A DNA stretch of 64,000 bases from Chrysomallon squamiferum (taxonomy: Eukaryota; Animalia; Mollusca): positions 2,666,001 to 2,730,000 of the forward strand of contig CM022665.1 of NCBI GenBank assembly GCA_012295275.1, given 5' to 3'. The notes under the pieces are model-generated. The model saw nothing but the letters and a program-made list of their open reading frames with translations. It made no database searches and was not told the origin of the DNA. Below, piece after piece: positions 37,168-50,025 of this stretch; within the stretch, counting starts at the first letter, position 1; every line of letters begins with the position of its first letter. The translations under genes were made by a program, and so were the position numbers.

Positions 37168-39154
37168 GAACTTCATCGCCGTACACGTCTTCGTCATCAT
37201 AATCACTATCATCATTAGTTTTATTGTTAATATGATTATTAACTGATACAAGCCTGGCTGTTAATTGTTAAGAGTAGCTAATGGAACGGTGACAGCGGAT
37301 TATGTCTCAGACATCAGTGTAACAAGTACGAAATTGTCTTTGACACTAAATAATTTGTGATATACAATTCTACCGATGCGTACTTTTACGTGTTGACGTG
37401 GAGTTTAGCAAGTCTTTCTTGTTAGAGAACGTGAGATTTGTTTTAACTGCAGGCAGGTATTTACAAATAATCGAGAAATAAGGTGAAGAAATGATGTCAA
37501 ATCTTGCAAGCATAAATACCTTATCTTTGATTTAAAATAAATAAAAATTAAAATTATTTATGGATATTAAAACACAACCAGCAAAGCCAGCATTTTTCTA
37601 TTGCTGCTATTAAAACTACATTTAATACATTTATTTATTTAGTTAGTTTGTTAGTTTGCCCTTTAGCTTAAAACATATTTATAAATCAACATATATTTAC
37701 TGTATTTAACTAATTAATATAGATATACATCATAGTTTTGCAATGTAAATACACCACTGAAATATATTACTGACGTTTTATTACTTCAACTACTACAACA
37801 ACTACTACTACTACTACTCTGCTATTACTACCACTACTTCTGTGCAGTTCTAGCACTGTTCTTGTTACTTTACTCCAACCCACAACACTAAAAATATCAT
37901 TAATAATTTAATTCGAAGAGACTAAAAGGAAATGTAACCCATTTTAAAAGAGTTTTAGGGTAATACTGAGATAGTGTTTGCGTTAATTCAAACACACGTG
38001 CCACGTTTATTTATTAGAGGTTTTGTTTTCTAACATATTTCCTGTGTTTGCTTCATTGATTAATTAATGCTCCAGTTCGTTCAGTTATCTTTAATTAACG
38101 TCAGCGAAAGTAGTTGATACTTTGAAGAATATTTAAAATAAATAAATAAATAAATAAATAACAATAACAGTAACAATAATAATAATAATAATCAGTAGTT
38201 ATATGATTCTGTCCAAGAAATGTTTTGTTTTACACGGTTACTCGACATCAGTTTTAAATAACACTAAAACGGCCATTTTTCAATTATTCTTTAATTCATA
38301 CTTTTGTTGTTTCTTTTTATTTCACTCTATACTCATTGCAGATAATTACGAATACTTGCAAACACTGCCAAATGTTTTTGATTCTTATTACCCTAAATAA
38401 AAACCAAAAGTAATCTTTGACAAAACGAAAACGTTAATTTTTAATGGAAACCAGAAATAATGCTAAAAAAAAAAAGAGCTTGTTAACTTATAAAATAGAG
38501 AACGTTGCGACTTTATTCTGCGACAAGGAAAATGTAATATTTCTAACCAGTGCCGACTGAAATTATTTCACTGCAATCTTTTTTTTTTTTTTTTTTTTAA
38601 CAAGTTCTTTTGTACGGTGGCAAAATTTTGGGGACTTTTGACAATTTGTCAATAATATAAAAATTATGAAACCAGTTTATGAAATTGTTATTACCTACAA
38701 GGAAATCTACACCACTGTACGCATTTATGATATCGGAAATCAATATCATTACATGTTTTGTTGTTGTTGTTTTTTTGTAGTTTTTTTAAAGAAAAGAATG
38801 AAAGAAATCGCTACTTACCATCTTTCAGTCTAACCATGTATTCATGTATATACATTTTTTTTTATAAATTATTTAACTCTTAAAAGGCTAATCTCTTTGC
38901 CATATTTCGTAGTTTAATTATGAATTGTTTCTAATCCTCTGGCTGACATTTTGTGTTATCGTAAATTCGCCATCTTGTTATAGTTACAGTATGTTTTCGG
39001 TTATAAATATGTAAATGACACCATGTGCTATAAACTACGGCGTTGGTGTAATACAAATGCATTTCAGTTAAACATTTGCTGCAAGTTCCTTTCTCCAGCG
39101 AACCAAACAGATGTAGATAAATTTTGATGCATAGTATTATGTTCACACTCGAAG

Positions 39155-39308
39155 TTTCTGTTGTGGCTACCTCAGCCTTAGTCCATCTCTGCCTGGTCTC
39201 TCTACCCACTGACCAGTCCAGCATGGGTGTTTCTAACAGAAGCTAAAGTTCCCGTGGGCACAGATCTTTGGGTCATTGAGATAAACAAGACCCCTCACCA
39301 TGTCAAAG
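39155..39308 (-). mobile_element. Fragment resembling the 5' UTR of RTE-clade non-LTR retrotransposons or derived SINEs
   Basis: Minus strand ctttgacatggtgaggggtcttgtttatctcaatgacccaaagatctgtgcc...cccatgctggactggtc resembles, from memory and without alignment, the RTE/Rex3 leader ccttgtcgtggtggaggggcttgcgtgtcccaatgaccct..gagctatgcc. Confidence 0.5.
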
Positions 39309-40166
39309 AATGGACTATGAAAAGGAACCAAATAAATCACAAAGAATGTTTTTTCAAGAAATTAAGTCTTAATATAAACTCTTTACCTTCACTACATATT
39401 GAAATACACTCAATGCAAATGTAAATATCTTTAACTAAGCATAAAAAAAAATAATAATAAAAAAAAAAAAAAAAAAAAAAAAAAAATGTATAATAACAAT
39501 AGTAATGATGATGATGATGATAATAATAATAATAAAGATAATTATAATAATGATCATGATAATAATAATTTTATAACAAAAAAAAAAAAAAAAAAAAAAA
39601 CAAAAAATAAAACATAACAAACAAACAAAAAAGAAAAAGAAAAAAAGAAATAAAAGAAATTAAAATTAAATCAAATGAAACATTACACTTTCATTCAGAC
39701 TCCGATTTTCAAACAACGCCTACTATCTACACTGCTTTGTTAAATTCCCAGCCTCTGTCGAAACAAAGGCACATTAAACACCAATTCGAATGAATGAACT
39801 AAGTGTCTTTCAAATTGTTTTTTCTTCTCTGCTGTAAATTTATTACAGTTTAGTAACCATTATCACTTTTTTTAAAAGTAATTTTGAAATAAAAAACGGT
39901 ATGTCTGCTCAGAAGAAAGTTATTGTAACAATGATTTATGGGCTGGCAATAAAAATAAATGAAAGTTATATCTTAACGATTTCGTACAAACGATTCAGTA
40001 GCTAATAACGTCGAGCTTAAAGCAAAACCCTGAAAAATGATTCTCCAGAGAACGTGAGTCAGCGACTGCAGTTTCTATTTTACTTGTTTTCCTTCAGTGT
40101 AATTTAAAATTAAGTGTCACAGAAGCTGTGGAAGGACAGGAATATTGCTAAACTTTTATATATTTT

Positions 40167-40384
40167 AAAATACTGGTAATAATTTGGTGTATTGAAAATA
40201 CTGGTGAAAATTTGGTGTATTGAAAATACTGGTGAAAATTTGGTGTTTTGAAAATACTGGTGAAAATTTGGTGTTTTGAAAATACTGGTAATAATTTGGT
40301 GTATTGAAAAAGCTGGTAAAAATTTGCTGTATTGAAAATACTGGTGAAATATTTATGTTTTGTAAAACACTGTTGAAATTTGGT
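40167..40384. repeat. 28-bp minisatellite, about 7.7 copies
   Basis: Unit aaaatactggtgaaaatttggtgtWttg. Confidence 0.93.
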
Positions 40385-41595
40385 ACACACTGTGTATCTC
40401 TGTATGGGCGTGCATTTAAATAATAATAATAAAAAAAAAAATACTTCTTATAACAAAAACAAAACATGAACACATTATACAAACAAGAAATCACCAGAAA
40501 TGAAAGCAACGAGAGAAAACAACAAACCCATTTCTGCAAACAACGTATCGTCAAGGGTATACAATTAAGACCAAAAATGGCAGCCTTCTTGAAACTCCAC
40601 GTTTTTATTATTATTACAGGTCACAAGACACAGAGGAACCTTAAGACACAAAAGTACATAAGCTGTAGCTAACAGTAATAGAGTACGACTCTAAACACAT
40701 TTTACATTAACGGTTTTTAGGTGTCGTGAGGTTTTCGTGGTGATGCATAATGTATTAAAGTAACACTTCATTCGACTTCAGTCGAGACTAGAAGAATCAC
40801 GAGCCGGAGAGAAAAGCACTGATTACATTAACACGCGGTCTTTACGATACATATAAACAACTTCACCTGCTATCAAATTTTTAAATATTTTTATTTTTGG
40901 ATATAATTTGTTTTGTAGATAGTTATTATATTTTATTATGAGTAAGACGATACATATATATTTTTACTTTTTTTTTTTATTTTTCTCTCATACAAAATAA
41001 AGCGTAAATTCGGACGCGTTGACTCGATGAAAGAACTGAGGTGAAATTTCACCTGCTCAATACAAACGATCTACGTCAACAGAATGAAACAAAAGAGTGA
41101 GTGAAGAGAGAGAGAGAGGGGAAAAAACTAACTAAATATATGAAAGTTTTTGTTTGCAGTAATCTGAGTGGAAATGCTAGTAAAGCGTAATGATTTGCAT
41201 TCATGTCACAACAAACGTGAAGAATAACTATCTGTTTTTCAGATGAAGTCTGCTCGGAAAAAGGATTGATTTGAAAAGTAATTATTCGCTACCCACACAA
41301 CAGCGCTGTCGTTGTGTACACACGCCGTACTGCGTGTGTTTGACATCAGCATTATCTGCAGGTTCCAACGTATTAGTCACAAATGATTAGAAAGCATAAT
41401 GGTCAGGCTAAACGGTTCAATTGTTAAGACACAAATAATTGTCTCGTACTAATGTGTAAATATTTCTCCTGTCAGATGTAACAATAATTGGAAGAAAAGC
41501 TACATATGTTGAAAGAAAAACAAACAACAACGCGGACGAGCCCTTGTTTGTTTACTGAAGTCAGTTATTACTGTTAGTTTTATTGTTTTTAATTT

Positions 41596-41629
<34 letters not shown>

Positions 41630-41703
41630 GTTTTAACTAATCATTGCCGTGGGTTCAGATAACAACGTCAGGTTCACAAAATAACATCTGCTTTGATTAT
41701 CAG

Positions 41704-41734
<31 letters not shown>

Positions 41735-42588
41735 TTTATATGTACTTTGTTTTAAAGGTGCCCAAAGAGGATGCTCTACGTATTAGTCTGAAAAGCAAAT
41801 ATAATTACAAGAAAATAAATATTTACACATTAACATCGTTTACATTTATACCTTTTTTATTTATTTTTATTATTATTACTTATTTATTTATTTATTTATT
41901 TATTATTATTTTAATGATCTCCTCATTTGAAACTCATCGGTTTATAATGTTATAGTAGTTTTGATACAAAACACTGCAAAAAAAAAAAATATATATATAT
42001 ATATATATATTAATAAAAAACATTCCATAGAAAAAAAATACTTTGATCATTCACAAACGTTACAAGGAATTACTCAGTCTATTCTGTATAAGCTAAACGT
42101 TGTACACAAAGAAAAAGTTAACACAACAACCAAAAACAGCAAATAAACTGAATATATAAACACCTTCCCAAAGAAGGCTTTAATAAGATATAAAAATTAG
42201 CACTGATATCGTACGAGAAAGACCAGAGATGTGTTTTAGTGAAGCTTTTACATTCTGCTGTCATGCGTTAATTTGATTCTCTGTCAGAGATCCGAGCATT
42301 GTAAATTGATAAAACAATTTTTCTTTACAGCTTCGTAGCAATGGAAAGTATTGTGAAGAAAGTTGTTTACACTGGCCACTGATAAATTACCTTCGATGAA
42401 ATTATACAATCATGTTCCCGTCAAATTACAATAATTTTATACTGGTCTTTCCAAAGTAAACCTATTTCCTGCCAGTCTTTCTTCTCCAGAGTGCGTTCAC
42501 ACAAAGCAACGTGAAGTGCCAACTACGACATGAGAAAAGTTTGTTAGTTTATTTGTTTTAGCGAAATCGTAATACTGAAATGATTTGG

Positions 42589-42592
<4 letters not shown>

Positions 42593-42636
<44 letters not shown>
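42593..42636. repeat. (CT)n microsatellite
   Basis: Direct reading. Confidence 0.95.
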
Positions 42637-42639
<3 letters not shown>

Positions 42640-44782
42640 CCATTCCATTGAATATTTTTTTATCTTTTTTCACGTTTGCATATTTCTTTGTTCTTATAAA
42701 AGTAATCAAAATATTACTAAGTTAGAAAATAATTTCTTATGATAAAAATGTTAAATTATCGAACCATGTAAACATTTCACGATATTACAACATCTAAATA
42801 TTCGTTACAAAAAGATGAGTTCTGAAAACGCAGCTTAACGTAGACTCTTGCTGTAGTCTGTCGTGTTACTTCCAAATAGACTGGAACAAAAGTGTATCAT
42901 TGAAGTGATATAATAATGCGAGTAAATTACAGTACAGTATTAAAGGACTGTAACTTCCATTATATCGTTAAACAGTGACGCATATAAGCAGCTTAATAGC
43001 TGTTATCTTTATACACAGAAAACGGTTATACATATTATTTTTTAAATTGCCCTCTAGAAATAGTTTCACGTCAACACTTATTCAGAAAGTAGAATCATGT
43101 CTTCAGAAATAGAATAAACTACAGTGTGACCAAAAATAAAACATTCTAAAAACATTGCATGAATCCAGTCCTTGTTGATTCCAGTCCTCTTTAGCACACC
43201 CAGTGTGTACCATTGTATTACCTGCCAGTGATTTGTGAAAAGTTGTAGTACATGTCTTCCTATCAATGTCGAATATTGGTACATATGACACTGCCAAGTT
43301 TAAAAGACAGATTCAAAGTATTATAGAATAGTTTCATGTTCTCATCCAGTGTCTTGAATGACCAGACTGTATTAAATGTGATGATCGCCTTCATACTGAT
43401 CTCCACTTCATGACCGCAAAATTACATTGTGTAAATTTATTTAATAGTTTCAATAAGTTTTCGAAATTATCTGGACCAAAAGCATCACCTTTCTGCTGCC
43501 CAAAACTTTAGATCAGCTTGAGTGGATATTAGAGGAAAATAAAAAGGAATGTTGATAGCCTTCCTTTAACATTTTTTTTTTCTTTTTTTTTTTGGTTATG
43601 TCTTTCAATCATTAAAATAAAGCATGTCACCAAACCAGATTTCATTTTCGGTGAAATTCAGACGTACTAAAGGAAACCACTAAAGAAAATCATTAAAGAA
43701 AACCTTCAAATCTGAAATCTGGTGTGCATAGACGTCATTTTTCAAATTCAGTTATCTGGATCAATCTCGTTCTGCCTGTACTTAAAAGTTGCATTATTTC
43801 ACTTTGATATCTGCCTGTAGCTGTGACAGCTTGGGGAAAAGCCGGTCAGCCGACATTTTTAAAAACTATTTCTTTCGTTACTGTCATTGTGATAAACTGT
43901 ATGAAAACTCTACCCAGTTCTTCAGCCTCTACTGGTGCAAGGCCAGATAATTAAAGTTTCGCATCCCATCACTTGTTTTAGGCAGATATAACACTTTTTT
44001 TTTTAAATTGCATTATTGGAAAGAAACATAATTTTGTTATCAGAACCCGGTATCTGTGCTGAGAAGTGGTACACTTAAATACAGTGAATAACAAGAAATC
44101 AATTCAAAATTAGTTCTCAACCGTAAAAAATCTCGAGAATCAGAACAGTTTATTTTAATGAAATATAAAACGTTTTTCGAACAGAAACACTGGTGCTGTG
44201 TTATAAGCGATGGTGAACGAAAACTTAAGCTTTTCATTAAGTTAAAAAAAAAAATTACAGAAAAGGGCCTCAGCTGTGTTGACTAATGATGACAAGTTTC
44301 TGAAGAGGACATTCAGTCTGCAAATGGCGTCTTCTCGAGCATTTTAAAACAGAACTGAATAAAAGAGTTTTAGTAACAGACTGATGTTCAACCTTTGCAC
44401 TGCACTGACAAACAAAGTGGCGTATTAGCAAGTTCAAATCACTCTATCTCTTTTCGAAGCACTGTTGTCTTCAGTCTTATGCTTAATATGAAAAACGAAC
44501 GAAAACATTACAATCTCAGATTCAATAAAGTATTAGTCAACCGATAACTTAAAATATCTACTTGCTACTAGATGTATGAGTTATAATTTCCTATGCAACT
44601 CTAGTTTTATTCTTAATATGTAATAGAAGGTGTAATTTTGTTTATAAAATAAAGTGTATTAATACTTTAACAGCAAGAGAAATGTATTTTCAGTATTATC
44701 AGAACAAAGACAATAAATATAAATGTTGTGGTCTGATACGAAAGTATCATTAATTGAGACATAACTGCTAAGTGTCACACGG

Positions 44783-45356
44783 CGAATAGAACGTGCTAGA
44801 TAGACTGTCGAGTAAAACACGTAGGATAGATTGTCGAATAAAACGCTGGATGGACTGTCGAATAAAACACGCTGGATGGACTGTCGAATAAAACACGCTG
44901 GATGGACTGTCGAATAAAACACGCTGGATGGACTGTCGAATAAAACACGCTGGATGGACTGTCGAATAGAACACGCAAGATAGAATGACGAATAAAACAC
45001 GCTGGATAGACTGTAGAATAGAACACGCTAGATAGACTGTCGAATAGAACACGCTAGATAGACTGTCGAATAGAACACGCTAGATAGACTGTCGAATAGA
45101 ATACGCTGGATAGACTGTCGAATAGAACACGGTAGATAGACTGTCGAATAGAACACGGTAGATAGACTGTCGAATAGAACACGCTAGATAGACTGTCGAA
45201 TAGAACACGCTAGATAGACTGTCGAATAGAATACGCTGGATAGACTGTCGAATAGAACACGCTAGATAGACTGTCGAATAGAATACGCTGGATAGACTGT
45301 CGAATAGAACACGCTAGATAGACTGTCGAATAGAATACGCTGGATAGACTGACGAA
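44783..45356. repeat. 26-bp minisatellite, about 22 copies
   Basis: Unit cgaataRaaYacgctRgatRgactgt in contiguous copies with no spacers. Confidence 0.95.
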
Positions 45357-47568
45357 TTTCCTATCACCCAGTGTATGGATACGACTGTAACATGCTAATT
45401 CATCTTTACCGGATGTCATAGTGTACATGTCTGAAAGCGCTGCTGTTAAAAATAATCTGGAGACATTTTTATCGGTAATGTTAGAAAGGAAAGAGGGAGC
45501 ACAGGCAAGATCGAGAAATCACTCAACTGTATCTTCAAAGAGAACTGACATGCCATATTACCGTATTAATGTGATATCAGACTGACTCGAGGGAAACTAT
45601 TTTTAATACACAACCAATTTGCACACGCAAGCAGTTATTACAGTTGAATAATTTCATTTAAGGCATAAACAGAACCGATAAAATGTTAAAAAATCTGACC
45701 AAGTAACGGGTTCGTCATTTTGACGTCCATTAAAATATCAGTCACCAGTATTTCTATTTGGAAGTGTTAGCGAAGTCTGCTGAAATTGCTGTTGTTGTTT
45801 TCTGTATTACAATGCCTTACAGCTTTAAGTGTCCATCATGTTTTATAATCAATAGCCATTTCGCAGTCTCTTCATGTCTCTGTTTTTTTTTTTTTTTAAT
45901 GAATGGTACATCTATGCAAGTCTCACATACAAATGTATTCCTTTTTTTTCTTTCAATGATGTTTGAAAATCTTGTCATTATTCTTTTTGTATTTTGATTT
46001 TTGCAATACGACTATTGGAACAAATTTCTTTAACTAGGAAACGCATTTTTGAAATCTATTCTGTTTCTATACGTTGTGTTAATTAAAATATACATAATAT
46101 ACTATTTTGAAATTTTATTTTCAGTTTCTCCTACTTTTCATGAACTTTATAAAAAAGAAATCTCAAAAACCAAATTAACGAACGTATTATTGTTTGTTTA
46201 ACAAGATTCTTTGTCAAAGGTTATTGTATCATATATACAGTTTCATAATGATATTACGATTTTCAGATTAGAATATCTCTGTCAAATATTTTCACTTGAT
46301 AATAAAAGATTAAGATCTATATGAACACCAATGCACACGAAAGCTTGTTAAACAGAAATTCTTTCACTTCGACGACGTTATCGCCATTTTAATATTTACA
46401 GGGCAAAATCCATTCTTTATCTTTTTAAAAGAAGTTAATAAGATTAATGTATATTTTAAGCTGGAAAACTTTTTATTTTCTTCTTTTAAAAAAACCCTGT
46501 AACTTATTAGTTATTGTAAATGAATCTTTACAATACCTACTTAATCATGTACATGTATTTACTCAAAAATAGTTCAGAGGTTTTACTGAGATTAAGAACT
46601 GTGCTGTTAATACACTGTAAGAGAAAGAAATCTAGTTCACACAAACTCAAATAACAACAGCCATATAAAGCAAGGACACATATTTCGCAGATTAATTCAG
46701 TATGACTTCATGAATTCATAACATGCTCTCCGAGTTTCCCAAATAAATATTCAACACTCATACACCGAGTTGATCACATTTATGTTGTTTTTATTCAATT
46801 TTCAGCGTAATTCATGCGCTAGACAATCGTTGCATCACGTTCTTGGACTAAATATGTCCCCCTCATCGCTCGTAAGGGCTTCGCAGTTGGGCTATTTTTA
46901 CAGCTAACATTTTACTAGTTAAAACAAACAGGCGGCTTGATTGCTTTCGTGGCGGTTCATTCAGTGTTAATTTTATTCATGTGCGTTTTGTCCACCAGAT
47001 TACTGCATTTTCTTCTCCGATGAATGGAAGAATATTTGATTTAAAGACCATTCAAAACACGGCTATGTGGCATCGTGGATAGGGTTAAAAGTCACACAGA
47101 TAATAAGAATAGGAACACACATCTGTCTCAGCTCTATTTCGATCAACAGCACCTGCAGATGAAAAACAAACAACAGACGATCTTTTCACTGGAAACAAAT
47201 TTACGTGCGCTAGCTATGACAGTCACTTGTTTCAGTATTTGTATAAACAGCATGAACTCAAACTATCCGCTTCGTTTTCTGTGTTTGTCCTTGTAATGTA
47301 AAATCTCAGAAAAACCACAGTTTACTAAACAGTTTTATTTCGAAGCTGATTTATTACAATACGCATTAGTTTGTTAGATTGTTCCATTGTCACCGATATT
47401 ATTATGGTTTGTATTTCTTCACATTAGTATCGTCAGTGATTGCATTTGGTGACAGATTCAGTAAAATGAAACAGATAAATAAACGTTTTAATGGTCTGAA
47501 CATTAGATACTGAAAATGTACATTTTATGAAAAAGTCAACTGTCGGCAACAGAAATACTGAGGTATCA

Positions 47569-47572
<4 letters not shown>

Positions 47573-47662
<90 letters not shown>
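47573..47662. repeat. (TC)n microsatellite
   Basis: Direct reading; source of the poly-ER ORF. Confidence 0.97.
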
Positions 47663-47666
<4 letters not shown>

Positions 47667-47851
47667 ATGTCTGGCGTCTCTTCCAAACCGTCTGTAATAG
47701 GAATATCTAGTCGCAGTCATTCAATTTCCAGATTATAACAAACATAATACTAATATACTTAATCTTAATAATAATAATAATAATAATGTACTTTTAATTA
47801 TTAATTTAACAAAAGTCTTGTAATATTAAAATTTGTTAGTTCCTTCATACA

Positions 47852-47884
<33 letters not shown>

Positions 47885-49108
47885 AAAATAAGTAAAAAAA
47901 TGTTTATGATCAAATAATGACGGTCAAGGAAATCAAACTGAACAAAATTTAAAATTTATTTCTAGATTCTTGAGTGCATGGCGGTATCAAACTGACACAC
48001 TTTTCGTGCCCTTTTTGTCCGTGGACTGAACAGTGTACGTACTGCCTCTTTACATCCCAGAATAAGCAAAAAATCGGCTAAGATACGATACTGATAGTAA
48101 TAACAAGAAGAACAATTCAAAATGTGGAAAGCTTATGATAGCCTAGGTCAAGGCCAGATGGAAAATGTAGGTCGCCGTTCGAAGTGTTCATTAAGTACTT
48201 TTATTGTCAGTGCTAAATTTATGTAACATACAGATAATAAATTTAGAGCATAAGATGTTTTCAGTTATTTGCTTTTATTTATTTTTTTTAATCTAAATTT
48301 TATCTGTTTTTTATTTTTTTTTTTTTATTTTTTTTTTATCTTTCATATATCTTCTGTAAAATATTACTATTTTGTGCTAAATGATCATCGTTGACTATCT
48401 TTACAATAATATCAATAATCTTTACCTTTGCCTCAGGGAAGTAGGCCCACCTTAAAAATCGTAACACCCACCAAATGGCCCAAATGCACTAACTCTTTAC
48501 CGACATGTGTTTACAGCTAAAACAACTGTAATGATCGGAAGAAAAATATTTTAATACAGGAGCTCATTAAAGCTAACTTGTCTTTTGGACAAAGAATATC
48601 GTTGTTTTGGTTGACATCGTTTATCTAAAAATGACAAAAGGGCAATTTCTATTACTCTCGTATTTTTTCGATATCGATTTTTTTTTTTTTTTTTTAAAAT
48701 TACAAAGAAAAAAAAAAAAAAGAGAAAGAAAGAAAGAAAGAAAGAAAAAGAAAAAGAAAAGAAAAGAAGAAAAGAAAAAAGAAAAAGAATAGAAATAAAA
48801 AGAAAAATAGCCATGAAAACTATTTACGAGTCCTGAATTGTTTGCTGAGAAAATTTGATTCTTTGAAGATAGCGGTTCTTTACAAACACAAATATTTTCG
48901 CCAACGCTTGCGTAAGTGCTTTATTTTTCTGTTGTTATTTTCTTTTTCTTTCATTTGTTTTTCGGTAAAGGTTACATCTGACATTTGTTTCAAGATCAGC
49001 TTCTCGTGTTTATGAAAATGCACAGAATGAATTCAAAATAATAAAAATAATAATTTGTTTTAAGAAAAAGAAATGTAAATAAAATAATTAAATTAAAAAT
49101 ATATGTGT

Positions 49109-49145
<37 letters not shown>

Positions 49146-49854
49146 TAGATACGAACTTAAATAAATAAATAAATAAACAATAAAACAGATCGTTCCAGTA
49201 TATATTTTGATTTATTTCTAAATATCCATAAATTATTATCATTTGTAAGAGAGAAGGAAAGAAAGAGAAAGAATATTGTTAATATTAAATCTTACAGAAT
49301 TTATTAATTTACTTCTGCTTTCGGCAATGAAACTACATTCTATACACAATCTGTATTAATTTACTCAGGTACGTTCATGAACGTTGAATGTAAAAATTAA
49401 AATTAAAATAAATTAAAAAATTAAAATTAAAATTAAAAAATAAATGCAGTGACTTTTAAAGGCAGTGATATAAACGATCACAATTAACATTCAAACTGAC
49501 ATGCTGCACGACGGTTTTCAAAAACGAGACATTTGCTGCGTTTTGCTGTTTCCAGACTTCACGATTTATCAATAAAGTGCACTGTTGCAAAAGTGCATTT
49601 TATTTTCATGCCCTAATGGTATATTTTAAAGTGGCTGAAATTACAGTTCCCAATTTGTATGTATTTTCATTTACAACAATTAATTATGAAAAAAAAAAAT
49701 CAAAAAAAAAAATCATGGTGTATTTTCATTGGTGCTGAGTATTACGCAGTTTAGAAATACGTCTAGGAACAATAAGAAACTCGATACTGAAACAATCAAT
49801 TCCTCAAGAGTAAAGCAGTTTTTATTTGAAAAGTGTATGTGCTAATACGAGCGT

Positions 49855-50025
49855 CATACATACATGTAGACAGACAGACACACACTTACATACACATATA
49901 AATACATACATACAGACACACAAACACACATACACATGTACACGCAGACATGCATACATACAGATACACATGTATATGCATGCATACATGCATACATACA
50001 CGCACATAGTCGTACATATATAGAT
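49855..50025. repeat. CA/TA-rich low-complexity tract
   Basis: Direct reading. Confidence 0.8.

Noticed and set aside
43440-43560. Possible reverse transcriptase relic on the minus strand (GQQKGDAFGP, cf. GVQQGDPLGP)
   Set aside because: It needs a frameshift and a stop, and no YxDD follows. Too weak without BLASTX.
44300-44340. Hammerhead-like ctgaaga-ggac-attca-gtct-gcaaa...gtc
   Set aside because: The GAAA box is disrupted and stem I cannot be formed.
44783-45356. CRISPR-like array
   Set aside because: Units are contiguous with no unique spacers, the context is eukaryotic and there are no cas genes. The ORFs over it are repeat translations.
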